From assembly GCA_950072105.1 (NCBI GenBank), contig CATMOE010000002.1, positions 79,778 to 143,777 on the forward strand: DNA of 64,000 nt, given 5' to 3'. The position numbers and the translations under genes were made by a program. Of this stretch, positions 1 to 9,247 are shown piece by piece (the first letter of the stretch is position 1; each line of letters begins with the position of its first letter). The DNA comes from an uncultured Dehalococcoidia bacterium (lineage in GTDB: Bacteria; Chloroflexota; Dehalococcoidia; Lucifugimonadales; UBA3495). The notes beneath the pieces were generated by a model, which ran no database searches, had not been told where the DNA came from, and saw only the letters and a list, made by a program, of their open reading frames with translations.

Positions 1-898
1 AATAATAGAAGAGGATTGCGTCTTCTTTAGCAAATGCTCCTTCGATGGCAGCAGCCAAAGCCCCTGACGTACCAGGATCACGCAATACCACGTGGTCTTC
101 CAAACCCATCCCGACTATTTGCCCTACCCCAGTGTCGGGTGAGCCATCTTGCATGGTACGACAACCCCAGCCAGCTATGCACCCGAGTAGTACTGCTTTA
201 CCACCATCTTGTTCGAACAATGAATTGAATTCGTCGTTCTTCAAATCTTCGATAGAATCGAGTTCTGGGTTGGCATCCTGGAGATAACCCGGGATAAGGA
301 AGGAACTTTGCCAGTTATCTTCCAGGCTTTTGCCAACTGGAATCACTTCGCCTGCCTTAACAGCTTCATTCCACGCTGCGTCTTGGTTGGGAAGCCAGAT
401 CTCCATGGTTATATCTACGTCGCCCTTACGAAGGCCCTGGAACAGCGGTAAGGTCGAACCTTCTATCTGCGAAGTGGGATATCCATAACCATGTTCAACA
501 ATATATCGGGCCACACCGTTCTGGACTAATGCGCTGTCCCAGTCCAACCCACCAAAAACGATTTCTCTTTTGTCCTTGACCGGCGGTGCTATCTGGACTT
601 CTACGATTCTCTCTACGATTTTCTCTACGATTACCTCTTTTATGACCTCTACCGGAACTTCTTTGATTACCTGCTTTTCTACGGGTACCTCTTTAATTAC
701 TTCTTGCTTGACGATCTTTTCTACAGGTACCTCTTTGATTACCTCTTTGATGACGATCTTCTCTACAGGTACCTCTTTGATAACTTCGATTTGTCTGACA
801 GCCTGATCGCTCCCGCCACACGCCGCAACCACCGCAAAAAGGGTAAGCGCGAAGATCAGAAGAATTGCTTTCTTGGTCAGAAAATGGTGAATAAACAC
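1..898 (-). CDS. Glycine betaine/proline-type ABC transporter substrate-binding lipoprotein (ProX/OpuAC-like) with N-terminal (V/I)EK/EVPV repeats; 3' end runs off the window
   Basis: Hand translation from GTG at 898 (RBS GGAGG upstream): MFIHHFLTKKAILLIFALTLFAVVAACGG (lipobox), repeats EVIKEVPVEKIV, then IVFGGLDWDSALVQNGVARYIVEHGYGYP...GDVDITMEIWLPNQ...GCIAGWGC, typical of ProX-family binding proteins. Missing from the ORF track because it has no stop in the window. Confidence 0.85.
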   Translation of the reverse strand, partial: MFIHHFLTKKAILLIFALTLFAVVAACGGSDQAVRQIEVIKEVPVEKIVIKEVIKEVPVEKIVKQEVIKEVPVEKQVIKEVPVEVIKEVIVEKIVERIVEVQIAPPVKDKREIVFGGLDWDSALVQNGVARYIVEHGYGYPTSQIEGSTLPLFQGLRKGDVDITMEIWLPNQDAAWNEAVKAGEVIPVGKSLEDNWQSSFLIPGYLQDANPELDSIEDLKNDEFNSLFEQDGGKAVLLGCIAGWGCRTMQDGSPDTGVGQIVGMGLEDHVVLRDPGTSGALAAAIEGAFAKEDAILFYY

Positions 899-938
899 GT
901 GGTCGCCTCCAATGTCATCGGCTGGGTACGCAGCGACT

Positions 939-968
939 ACCCTATACTAGAATAAGCGGCGGCGTCAA
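939..968 (-). promoter_or_regulatory. Putative sigma70-type promoter for the ABC binding-protein gene
   Basis: Minus strand TTGACG-N16-TATAGG (or N18-TAGGGT), about 40 nt upstream of the GTG start. Confidence 0.4.
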
Positions 969-1039
969 CACCCAAATACCCGTGGCCACGCCAGGCAGTC
1001 CCGATTTGCGCCCGTGTAACGACCAAAGGCTTTAGCTCG

Positions 1040-2530
1040 TCAGTCGCTCTTTCCAGACCTACCGAGGCCGGTCCCCATTGCCAGAGCGGGGAGAATAGCC
1101 ACCAGCGCAACGCCCGCGGCAACCCTTAGAAAATTGTGGAATAGGGACAGTCCAACGGCGTTCAGGCCCGCGCTGTACTCAGCCAGCCGGGTTTGAACCT
1201 CCTCGGCGCTCTCCCCGGGTTGCGGCAGCGGAAACTCCAATTCGGACATAAGTGTCTGGAAATGCTCCACTCCCCAGGCGGACAACGCCGCCAGGCCCAG
1301 CGTCATCCCCAACATGCGGGCAACTACCACCAGCGAAGCGGCGGTGGCCCGGTAGTCGTCGGACACGGAGGTAAGGGCCTGCGTCATTATCGGCGAGATC
1401 ACCAGCCCAAATCCCAATCCGGCAACAGCCAGGTGCAGCGTCAACTGAGGCTCTCCCACGTCCAGTTCCCAACCGCTGACCAGGAACAATCCAAGGGCCG
1501 TCAGCCCTAGCCCGGCTACCATAACCGGCCTGATTCCCACCCGGCTCAACACCAAACCGCCAACCACCGCCCCCAAGGGGATGGCTCCAGTGATTCTCAG
1601 CAACCACATGGCGCCGGTCAGCGGCGTTTTCCCCATGACGGTGTTGGCCATCAGAGGCACAGTCACCATGGCGATGATCAGGGAGACGCCGACCAATAGT
1701 TGGGCTCCGTTGGCCGCCAGAAACGACGTCGCGCGGAATAGGGCGGGCGCGAGCAAGGGTTGCTCCGTCCGGCGCTCCACCGCAAGCAGTAACCCCGCCA
1801 AAGCCAGTCCGGCGGCCCCCAAGACGAAGGGAAGCGGCGACGAAAGCGTGAACAGGCTGCTCCTGGACAGCCCTAACGACACGAGAAGCAGGGCCGCCAC
1901 CAGCAGGGCGCTGCCCAAGTAATCTATCCTATTCTGCCGGTTCGGTTGGTTGGGCAGCCAGAACAGGGCCAGGAACAGTACCGCGCTCTGGGGGACGTTC
2001 AGCCAGAATATCCAACGCCAGTTGGCCAGCTCGATGATGGCCCCGCCATAGGCCGGGCCCAGCATGGAGCCGGCCTCCGCCGCGCCCGCCACGATGCCCA
2101 AGGCCAACCCCCATTGCTTCCGGGGAAGGGCGCTGCCCGCGATGGCCAACCCGATCGGCACGGTTGCCCCACCGCCCACGGCCTGTATCACCCGGGCGGC
2201 GACCATCCACTCCAGGCTTTGAGATACGGCCACCAGGCTGGTGCCTATGACGAACACCACTAAGGAGACTTGATAGACTCGGGTATAGCCGTAGACATCG
2301 GCCAGGCGGCCTATCACCGGCATCGCGGCCGTGTAGCCCAACAAGTAGGCGGTGATGATCCAGGACGCCCGGTCCAGTTGGGTTAAAGATATCTTCAGAT
2401 CCAGCATCAGACTGGGCAGGGCCGTAACCACCACCGTTTGATCCAAGGCGGTAACGAAGGCGCCCAACCCCACAACGGTGAGGATCATGGGCGCCGGCAA
2501 AGTGCGAGATGGTCCAATCATCGAGCCCAT
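1040..2530 (-). CDS. 14-TM MFS efflux transporter (DHA2/EmrB-QacA, P55-like)
   Basis: ALDQTVVVTALP, WIITAYLL, GRLADVYG motif A, RVIQAVGGG, GPAYGG, WRWIFWLNVP. Confidence 0.9.
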   Translation of the reverse strand: MGSMIGPSRTLPAPMILTVVGLGAFVTALDQTVVVTALPSLMLDLKISLTQLDRASWIITAYLLGYTAAMPVIGRLADVYGYTRVYQVSLVVFVIGTSLVAVSQSLEWMVAARVIQAVGGGATVPIGLAIAGSALPRKQWGLALGIVAGAAEAGSMLGPAYGGAIIELANWRWIFWLNVPQSAVLFLALFWLPNQPNRQNRIDYLGSALLVAALLLVSLGLSRSSLFTLSSPLPFVLGAAGLALAGLLLAVERRTEQPLLAPALFRATSFLAANGAQLLVGVSLIIAMVTVPLMANTVMGKTPLTGAMWLLRITGAIPLGAVVGGLVLSRVGIRPVMVAGLGLTALGLFLVSGWELDVGEPQLTLHLAVAGLGFGLVISPIMTQALTSVSDDYRATAASLVVVARMLGMTLGLAALSAWGVEHFQTLMSELEFPLPQPGESAEEVQTRLAEYSAGLNAVGLSLFHNFLRVAAGVALVAILPALAMGTGLGRSGKSD

Positions 2531-2534
2531 CAGG

Positions 2535-3365
2535 CTATTCCGGCGGAGCTATGTCTACCGGCACGTTAACATCGTCAATGAAAAGCAACCTTACGGTTTC
2601 CGGCACGTCACCGTTAACCACTGGGCCGGTGATGACCACCCGGCGCAGCAGGCCGTCTGCGCGGTCCACAAACAATTCCAACTTGACCTCAAGGCCCTCC
2701 GCCGCGCCCGGCACCAACGATGCCAGGGCTTCAGAACGCACCAGACCGGTGATACGTTGGTATTGCCGGCCTCCCGATTCTTCAACGCCCGACAAAGCAG
2801 GATCAGTGACAGCTTCCACTATGCTCGCCAAAGTTTGCCCGAAGTCCAAGAAATTCACCGGCAGAGATTCCGGAGGCACCATACGCCACTGCCCGGTGAA
2901 GAGATCGGTCATATATGCCTCTTGCCCAATGATGATAACGTTGATCTCCACAAAAGTGCGGGGGGCCGTTACCTCCGCCTCCACCGTCAGGCGTAGCCGG
3001 TCGGGAATATCCACCTCCCCCGTGGCTTTCTTCATGACCAAACCGGGCAGCAGCTGCGTGCTACCTATCTGGTGCTCTAACGTGAAGGCCACCGAGTTTA
3101 GCGAGAGCAGGTTGGCCACGGCAAGGGCCAGGGTTGCTTTCGGATCCGGCGGCGGTTCAAGCGTTGGCGTGGGGATGGGAGTTGGAGCCGATCCACACCC
3201 TGCCGCAAATGACAGCACCAGGGCCGCCAACAAGCCAAGCAGAACGTGGAACCTCGTTCTCCTAGGGCAGCGGCGTCCGGACCTAAAGTGGTATCCGGGC
3301 GAAAGGGAAGATTGTCCGGCCCGCCGCCTAATTCCACGACCAAAAAGCCAGCGACCCAGCTCCAA
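2535..3365 (-). CDS. LppX/LprAFG-family lipoprotein (start uncertain, between about 3233 and 3365)
   Basis: Lipobox FAAGC, Pro/Thr linker, then beta-rich LolA-like body (ATGEVDIPDRLRL, IIIGQEAYMTDLFTGQW, DGLLRRV, DVNVPVDIAPP). Confidence 0.75.
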   Translation of the reverse strand: MELGRWLFGRGIRRRAGQSSLSPGYHFRSGRRCPRRTRFHVLLGLLAALVLSFAAGCGSAPTPIPTPTLEPPPDPKATLALAVANLLSLNSVAFTLEHQIGSTQLLPGLVMKKATGEVDIPDRLRLTVEAEVTAPRTFVEINVIIIGQEAYMTDLFTGQWRMVPPESLPVNFLDFGQTLASIVEAVTDPALSGVEESGGRQYQRITGLVRSEALASLVPGAAEGLEVKLELFVDRADGLLRRVVITGPVVNGDVPETVRLLFIDDVNVPVDIAPPE

Positions 3366-4704
3366 CCTCCACCGGCTCGGAAGACCCGCTGGCTTCGACG
3401 ACGAATATCCTGGGCCCCGGCGGCGTAGAACCGTTTCGGCCCTCTCTAGACCGGTTCGGGACGATCGCCAAGACCAGACGAGAGCTGTCGGGAGACCAGG
3501 GGGAGTGGGAATAAGCGTATTGATCAAAAAAGCTCAGCGTGACCAGCATGTCGTTTGATGGTTGAGCGCGCAGCAGTTCCCGGGCCTCGCCTCCTTCGAC
3601 GGTTGCGGCCCACCAAACGAACTCCCTGTTACCGCCATCCAGTCCCACCCAGGCAAGCATCTCCCCATTGGGCGACCAATAGAACGCAATGATGCGGCCC
3701 TCCGCCACGGTCTTGATCGAACCACCATCACCGGGGACAACCCTCAGCCTATTAAAGGTGGGCGCATTGTCGTTCTGTTGGTCCGCCACCGCCAAGTCTC
3801 CACCTTGAGGAGACCAAGCGAAAGCTGCCCTGGAACCGATGTCAAGTGCATTTCTGGCGGTACCGGTAGCGCCCGTCTCGGCGATCAGCAATGACCCCGA
3901 GGTCGCACCAGTTCCCATATAAGCCATATATCTGCCGTCGGGGGACAGGGCCGGCACGCGAAACCCCGGATCGGCGTCGATAGGCTGACCCGATGAAGCA
4001 CCGAAAGGCCGGGTCAAAAATTTAAGCTCATCGCCCACGTGCAACAGCATCGATTGGCCGTCCGCTCCCCAATGGAAGTACAGGGGCGCTCCTGACTCGA
4101 TCACCGTTGGATCGGTCAATGATTCCGTGTCGGCGGCGAATAGGGTTAATCCTTGTGGAGTACTGGCTAGCACTGCCAAAGTCCGGCTATCAGGCGACCA
4201 ATAAAGGTAATGGGGCGCATTCTCAGCCACCAAGCCGGGGACTTCGTTCCGAAATACGGTAGTGGCCGCTCCTGTCGCCGCATCTATAACTTGGACAGAT
4301 ATCTCGGGCTGTCCATCGGTTACCTCCATCAAAGAAGCCGCCAGTTTTTTCCCATCGGGCGACCACGTCGGCCAGGAGTAGAAGAAATTCACGCCGCGTG
4401 GCTGAGCCATCACCGCGCCTAAAGGACCTCCCTGCACCTGGGTGTCTCCCGCAAGCTTTAGTTGCTCAGAACCGTCGGGGTTCACCAGGAACAGTTCACC
4501 GTCCGTTGTCATGAAAGCAATCCGGTCTACGGCCACCTCTTCGCTCTCTCCTTGCTCGACGATCCCAGGCTCCACCACTTTGTCAAGTTGTTCTTCGACC
4601 GGTTCGCTGGTCCCATTACAAGCGAGAGCCAGCGTCAATAACGAAAGTATAATTACCCAGCCGCCGGTTTTCTTCCCGCTGTAGGAGACCCGATCCAAGT
4701 CCAT
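3328..4704 (-). CDS. TolB-like (PD40) beta-propeller lipoprotein
   Basis: Lipobox LALAC; repeated WSPDG/WSPxS motifs. Confidence 0.8.
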   Translation of the reverse strand: MDLDRVSYSGKKTGGWVIILSLLTLALACNGTSEPVEEQLDKVVEPGIVEQGESEEVAVDRIAFMTTDGELFLVNPDGSEQLKLAGDTQVQGGPLGAVMAQPRGVNFFYSWPTWSPDGKKLAASLMEVTDGQPEISVQVIDAATGAATTVFRNEVPGLVAENAPHYLYWSPDSRTLAVLASTPQGLTLFAADTESLTDPTVIESGAPLYFHWGADGQSMLLHVGDELKFLTRPFGASSGQPIDADPGFRVPALSPDGRYMAYMGTGATSGSLLIAETGATGTARNALDIGSRAAFAWSPQGGDLAVADQQNDNAPTFNRLRVVPGDGGSIKTVAEGRIIAFYWSPNGEMLAWVGLDGGNREFVWWAATVEGGEARELLRAQPSNDMLVTLSFFDQYAYSHSPWSPDSSRLVLAIVPNRSREGRNGSTPPGPRIFVVEASGSSEPVEVGAGSLAFWSWN

Positions 4705-5121
4705 TACCTTCTCTTAGACGGTATCTCCCCAACCTTCACTATTTCCCCGCAGCCGCTCCGCCTCATCTTAGCCGCCTCAGGATACCACCCGCCTTTCCCC
4801 CCCGCAACGCCGATATTGGCATGCTTCCGCGGCTTCTAATACGCCAGCCTCAACTCGAATTCCCAGTGGATAACTGACATTTACTTGTTGACAATTTCCA
4901 GTTCGGCATGTATTACTGGTCCTCCTCAATACGAACGTCTTCAAGGCCGTGCACACATACCAACTTATTCCCAACTCTGTCAACTCCTGGCGCCAAGTAC
5001 TCCACTCTCCGAAATATCTACGCCATGTTAAAATAACAAGAGCCACCTACAAACTCGCACCCTTCACCCAAGTTCTCCACACTGTCAACGCTATTATTAT
5101 TACTCTATAGGTTAGGTCCAT

Positions 5122-6408
5122 TTGATTGATACAGTTAGACTAAATATTCACGCCGGTAGTGGCGGAAACGGTTGTATCAGCTTTCTGCGTGAAAAGTACC
5201 GCCCTAACGGAGGCCCGAATGGTGGCGATGGGGGTGGCGGTGGCAGTGCGTACATCAGCGGCGACTCTTCGTTTAATACCCTGCTACACCTGAAGTTCAC
5301 GAGTACTATCTACGTAGAACGGGGTGGCCATGGACGTGGTAAAGACCGTACGGGACGGAATGGTCAGGACCAGATCATCCGCGTGCCAATGGGAACGTTG
5401 ATCTGGAAAGAAGATGAGGACGGGGAGAGGTTCTTGTTGGCGGATATCTGTGATACATCTCCAGTAATGGTCGCTCAGGGGGGACGGGGCGGTTGGGGGA
5501 ACACTCGCTTTGTATCGCCGACCAACCAAGAACCGTTGTTGGCCCAAAATGGTGACCGCGGGGACCGGGAAATCTTATTTCTCGAGTTGAAGCTGCTAGC
5601 GGATGTGGGGCTTTTGGCATGTCCTAACGCGGGCAAGTCGACATTGATCTCCCGGTGTTCCAGAGCAAAACCCAAAGTCGCCGAGTATCCGTTCACGACA
5701 GTCGAACCGGTGTTGGGCGTGGTAAGCGCCCATGGGCAAGATTTCGTCATGATGGAAGTTCCTGGATTATTGGAAGGGGCACATAGCGGGGTGGGATTGG
5801 GGCACCAATTTCTGAGGCATGCTGAAAGGGCTAGGGTTTATATCCATGTAGTCGATGGATTGGCCGAAGATCCTGGCCGGCAATACCAGATGCTCAATAA
5901 TGAACTGCGCCAGTTTAGTGAGAAACTAGCGGAAAAACCCCAGGTCGTCGTCGTCAACAAGATGGATCTCACCGACGTGAAAGAACTGCAGGACGAGATT
6001 GCTGACTCGATACGCCAACGGGCCAAAGAGGATGGAATAGACGACTTGGATGTGTTGTTCATGTCGGCTGTAACCGGAGAGGGAGTGAACGAGGTCTTGG
6101 GAAAGGTTGTGGAGTTGCTTGCGGCGACGGCCAAAGAGGCTGCAGAACAAGAGATCGTGCCGGAACCGGTGAAGTGGGGGCAAAGCAAGAGGACCCCGAT
6201 CCGAGTCAGTCGAGAAGATGGAGTATTCGTTGTGCAAGCCCAGGAATTGGAGCGGCTGGTCGGCATGGCCGATACCAGGGATAGGCGCGTCTTATTGCAG
6301 CTATGGGACCAGATGAACAAGAATGGTGTAGCCAGAATGTTGGAGGATGCGGGAATAGAGGCGGGCGATACAATAAGGATCGGCAATTCCGAGATCGGGT
6401 GGTTCTAG
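5122..6408 (+). CDS. obgE: GTPase ObgE/CgtA with C-terminal OCT domain
   Basis: Gly-rich Obg fold (GGNGCISFLREKY..GGDGG), LKLLADVGL, NAGKST, YPFTT, NKMD; C-terminal GIEAGDTIRIG. Confidence 0.97.
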   Translation: MIDTVRLNIHAGSGGNGCISFLREKYRPNGGPNGGDGGGGGSAYISGDSSFNTLLHLKFTSTIYVERGGHGRGKDRTGRNGQDQIIRVPMGTLIWKEDEDGERFLLADICDTSPVMVAQGGRGGWGNTRFVSPTNQEPLLAQNGDRGDREILFLELKLLADVGLLACPNAGKSTLISRCSRAKPKVAEYPFTTVEPVLGVVSAHGQDFVMMEVPGLLEGAHSGVGLGHQFLRHAERARVYIHVVDGLAEDPGRQYQMLNNELRQFSEKLAEKPQVVVVNKMDLTDVKELQDEIADSIRQRAKEDGIDDLDVLFMSAVTGEGVNEVLGKVVELLAATAKEAAEQEIVPEPVKWGQSKRTPIRVSREDGVFVVQAQELERLVGMADTRDRRVLLQLWDQMNKNGVARMLEDAGIEAGDTIRIGNSEIGWF

Positions 6409-6409
6409 C

Positions 6410-7015
6410 GTGCGGGTAGGTGTTCTTGGGGGAACCTTTGATCCGATCCATCTGGGACACCTAAAGATCGCTGAAGAAGTCCGGCTTAAGCTGGACCTGG
6501 AGCGAGTCCTGTTCATCCCCACGGGACAGCCAAGGTTGAGAGTGGATGAGTTCCTGTCGCCGGTGGCGGACCGGCTGCGCATGGTGGAGCTGGCGACGTC
6601 CGACGATCCGTATTTCCAGGTTTGTGACAACGAGACGCGGCGCAGCGGACCAACGTATACCGTGGATACACTGATCGAGTTGCGAGACAGCCTGGGGACA
6701 GACGCGGCTTTGTACTTTATCGTCGGAGTAGATATTCTGAGCCGGTTTCAAGACTGGAAGGAGCCGGAGCGGGTACTGGAACTGTGCAATCTGGTGGTGG
6801 TGACCCGTCCGGGTTACGAAGATTTTGAATGGCCCGCCTGGTTAAGCAGTTTCCCCCAGGCCGCTGACCGGTTGACACGGTTGGATACGACCATGGTGGA
6901 TATTAGCGGGACTGAGATCCGGCGCCGAAGTGGGCAAGGGAAATCGGTGCGCGAGTTGGTCCCTGACTCGGTGGCGGAGTATATTCAAGAGCGGAACTTA
7001 TACGCGCGTCAATAG
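6410..7015 (+). CDS. nadD: Nicotinate-nucleotide adenylyltransferase
   Basis: GGTFDPIHLGH, TYTVDTL, ISGTEIRRR. Confidence 0.96.
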   Translation: MRVGVLGGTFDPIHLGHLKIAEEVRLKLDLERVLFIPTGQPRLRVDEFLSPVADRLRMVELATSDDPYFQVCDNETRRSGPTYTVDTLIELRDSLGTDAALYFIVGVDILSRFQDWKEPERVLELCNLVVVTRPGYEDFEWPAWLSSFPQAADRLTRLDTTMVDISGTEIRRRSGQGKSVRELVPDSVAEYIQERNLYARQ

Positions 7016-7052
7016 CTCAGATACGTTCGTATGAATCTGGGAGGTGGAGTAA

Positions 7053-7622
7053 GTGAGCGAAGGGGTTGACCGTCTTCTCCAGTTGGCGTTGGAGAAAGGC
7101 GCGCTGAAGTACGGAGATTTTACCCTCACTTCGGGCAAAAAGAGCACCTACTATTTCGACGGACGGCTGCTGAGTTTGGACCCGGAAGGGGCCTATTTGA
7201 TCTCCCGATCCCTACTGCCCGTGCTGCGGCAAGCCGGTGCGGAGGCTGTGGGAGGTCCGACCTTGGGGGCCGACCCGATCGTCGCGTCCATCGCTCTAGC
7301 CAGCTACATCAACGAAACGCCGATACCGGCCTTCATCGTCAGGAAGGAAGCCAAGAGTCATGGCACGGGCAAAGGAGTAGAAGGCCCACTGAAGGTGGGC
7401 AGCAAGGTAGCTATCATAGACGACACCTGCACCACCGGAGGGTCTCTCTTCCAAGCTATCGAAGCGGCCGAGGGAGAGGGCTGTGTCGTCGTGAAAGTGG
7501 TGGCTGTGTTGGATCGCCGGGAGGGTGGGGGAGAGGAGATACGGAGACGAGGCTACGACTTTATCGCCTTGTTGGAGGCCGATCCCGACGGGAAGATTCA
7601 GGTAGCCGCCGAATTTATGTAG
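7053..7622 (+). CDS. pyrE: Orotate phosphoribosyltransferase
   Basis: GDFTLTSGKKSTYYFD, RKEAKSHG, PRPP motif IIDDTCTTGGS. Confidence 0.96.
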   Translation: MSEGVDRLLQLALEKGALKYGDFTLTSGKKSTYYFDGRLLSLDPEGAYLISRSLLPVLRQAGAEAVGGPTLGADPIVASIALASYINETPIPAFIVRKEAKSHGTGKGVEGPLKVGSKVAIIDDTCTTGGSLFQAIEAAEGEGCVVVKVVAVLDRREGGGEEIRRRGYDFIALLEADPDGKIQVAAEFM

Positions 7623-7641
7623 CAGATAGTTAGTAGCTGGG

Positions 7642-8730
7642 TTAGCTAATCTTGTCCGGTCCGAACAGATGGGGCAGGGCCGTGATCTCAGCCTGGCCGC
7701 TGGAAGGATCGGCAAGCTCCAAGACGTTGCCCGGCGATGCGCTGGCTTTCCGCACGTACGCCATACCGACCAGGCCTAGGCCGTTGGGTAGTTTGGTCAC
7801 CGAAGTAACCTTACCCACGTCATGGCCGTCATCGTTCAAAGTGTCGCCCTCGGACACGGTGGCGTCCGCGGAAAACTCCAGCCGTACCAGGTGCTTCTGT
7901 ATCTTCTGGTAAGTGTCCAGCCTGGCGATGACTTCCTGGCCGATGTAGCAGCCCTTGGCGAAATCGATGGACCCGATAAGTCCGGCCTCCAAGGGATTAT
8001 AAGATTCGCCAAGTTCATGGCCGTACGCGGGCACGGCGTAGCTCAAGCGAACCGCTTCAAGGGCCTCTTCTCCCACCGGCGGGACTCCCGACTTCGATAG
8101 GTGATCCCAAACGCCGGCTGAGGCGTCCGGATCCATCAAGAGATCGAAGCTGGGGAGTCCCCCAAAAGGGCGATTGACTATGCGAACTTGGTGGCCGGCC
8201 ATTTCCGCAGTAACTGAATGATAGGGCGGCAATTCGTTCAGTGAGGTTCCTGCCGCCGATTCCACCGCAGCTTTGCTGGCCGGCCCCAAAACCGACAGCA
8301 TGGTGGATTCCCCGGTGATATCCTCGACGACGAGGTCCTCCATTATCGTGTATTTGTCCAGCCAGTCGATCACCTGCTGTTGGGCTCCAGGGCTGGTGAT
8401 TAACAATATATAGTCGTCAACGTTGACCACCCCGATCAAGTCCAGGATGCGTCCCCGGGCGGTGGTCAGGATGGTTGGAGCTCCTTGCCCCGGCTGTAGG
8501 TCCAACACTTTGTTGGTGGACAATCGGTTCAGCAGATCCAAGCCGTCGGCCCCGATGGCCCTGAGCCGTCCCGTGTAGGAGGCGTCGTGAACGCCCGCCG
8601 CTGTTGTTAAGGCCAGGTACTCTTCTTCGACGGTGCTATACACCGTGGCTAGGTCCCAACCGTGGCGCTCCTGAAATGCTGCTCCAGTGGCGGCGGCAAC
8701 GGGATGGAGGGCTGAACGCCGTAGAGCCAT
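7642..8730 (-). CDS. ygfZ: YgfZ/IBA57 folate-binding Fe-S assembly protein (GcvT superfamily)
   Basis: Signature KGCYIGQEVIARL within a GcvT-like fold. Confidence 0.85.
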   Translation of the reverse strand: MALRRSALHPVAAATGAAFQERHGWDLATVYSTVEEEYLALTTAAGVHDASYTGRLRAIGADGLDLLNRLSTNKVLDLQPGQGAPTILTTARGRILDLIGVVNVDDYILLITSPGAQQQVIDWLDKYTIMEDLVVEDITGESTMLSVLGPASKAAVESAAGTSLNELPPYHSVTAEMAGHQVRIVNRPFGGLPSFDLLMDPDASAGVWDHLSKSGVPPVGEEALEAVRLSYAVPAYGHELGESYNPLEAGLIGSIDFAKGCYIGQEVIARLDTYQKIQKHLVRLEFSADATVSEGDTLNDDGHDVGKVTSVTKLPNGLGLVGMAYVRKASASPGNVLELADPSSGQAEITALPHLFGPDKIS

Positions 8731-8756
8731 TGTGTCCTCCGAATCATCCGGAATTT

Positions 8757-8792
8757 AAAAGACGCCGCCTGTCTCTCGATAGGGCGGCGTCT
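8757..8792 (-). terminator. Intrinsic terminator after iscA
   Basis: Hairpin AGACGCCGCC/GGCGGCGTCT followed by TTTT on the minus strand. Confidence 0.6.
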
Positions 8793-8814
8793 AAAAGTTC
8801 AGTTGTGGTTGACG

Positions 8815-9171
8815 CTAAACGCTAAAGGAAGTGCCGCAACCGCAAGATGTCTTGGCGTTGGGATTGGTAAAGACGAATCCCTTACCGTTGAGACCGTCGG
8901 AGAACTCCAACTCTGTCCCAACCAGATAGATGTAGCTTTTCTTGTCGACCATAACCTTTACGCCATGCTGCTCGATGGTCTTGTCGCTCTCCAATTCCTG
9001 GTCGGTGATCTGCAGATCATAGGTCAACCCGGAACAGCCGCCGCCTTTGACCGAGACCCTTACGCCTACGTTCTCTTCGATACCTTGCTTATCCGCGAAG
9101 TATTTTATCTTAGTGGCCGCCAACTCGCTGATCTTAACGCCCAGTTCGACGCCGTCCATTGTGATAGCCAT
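8815..9171 (-). CDS. iscA: A-type Fe-S carrier (IscA/ErpA/HesB family)
   Basis: GGGCSGLTY and C-terminal NPNAKTSCGCGTSF. Confidence 0.93.
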   Translation of the reverse strand: MAITMDGVELGVKISELAATKIKYFADKQGIEENVGVRVSVKGGGCSGLTYDLQITDQELESDKTIEQHGVKVMVDKKSYIYLVGTELEFSDGLNGKGFVFTNPNAKTSCGCGTSFSV

Positions 9172-9247
9172 TGTATCCTCCAGAGCACTGCAATCCCGTA
9201 CGGGTTAGCTAGTCTTATTCTAGGTGGGAAGCGGGTTGCAAGTCAAG

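Noticed and set aside
590..795. Tandem DNA repeats as a possible CRISPR array
   Set aside because: No unique spacers; the repeats are in-frame codons of a protein repeat, and no cas genes are present.
2509..3558. 349-aa plus-strand ORF
   Set aside because: Antisense shadow of the LppX-like gene; Ser/Thr/Arg-rich with no motifs.
3328..4704. TolB of a Tol-Pal system
   Set aside because: No tolQRA or pal genes nearby; only the generic PD40 propeller is supported (same for 28816-29793).
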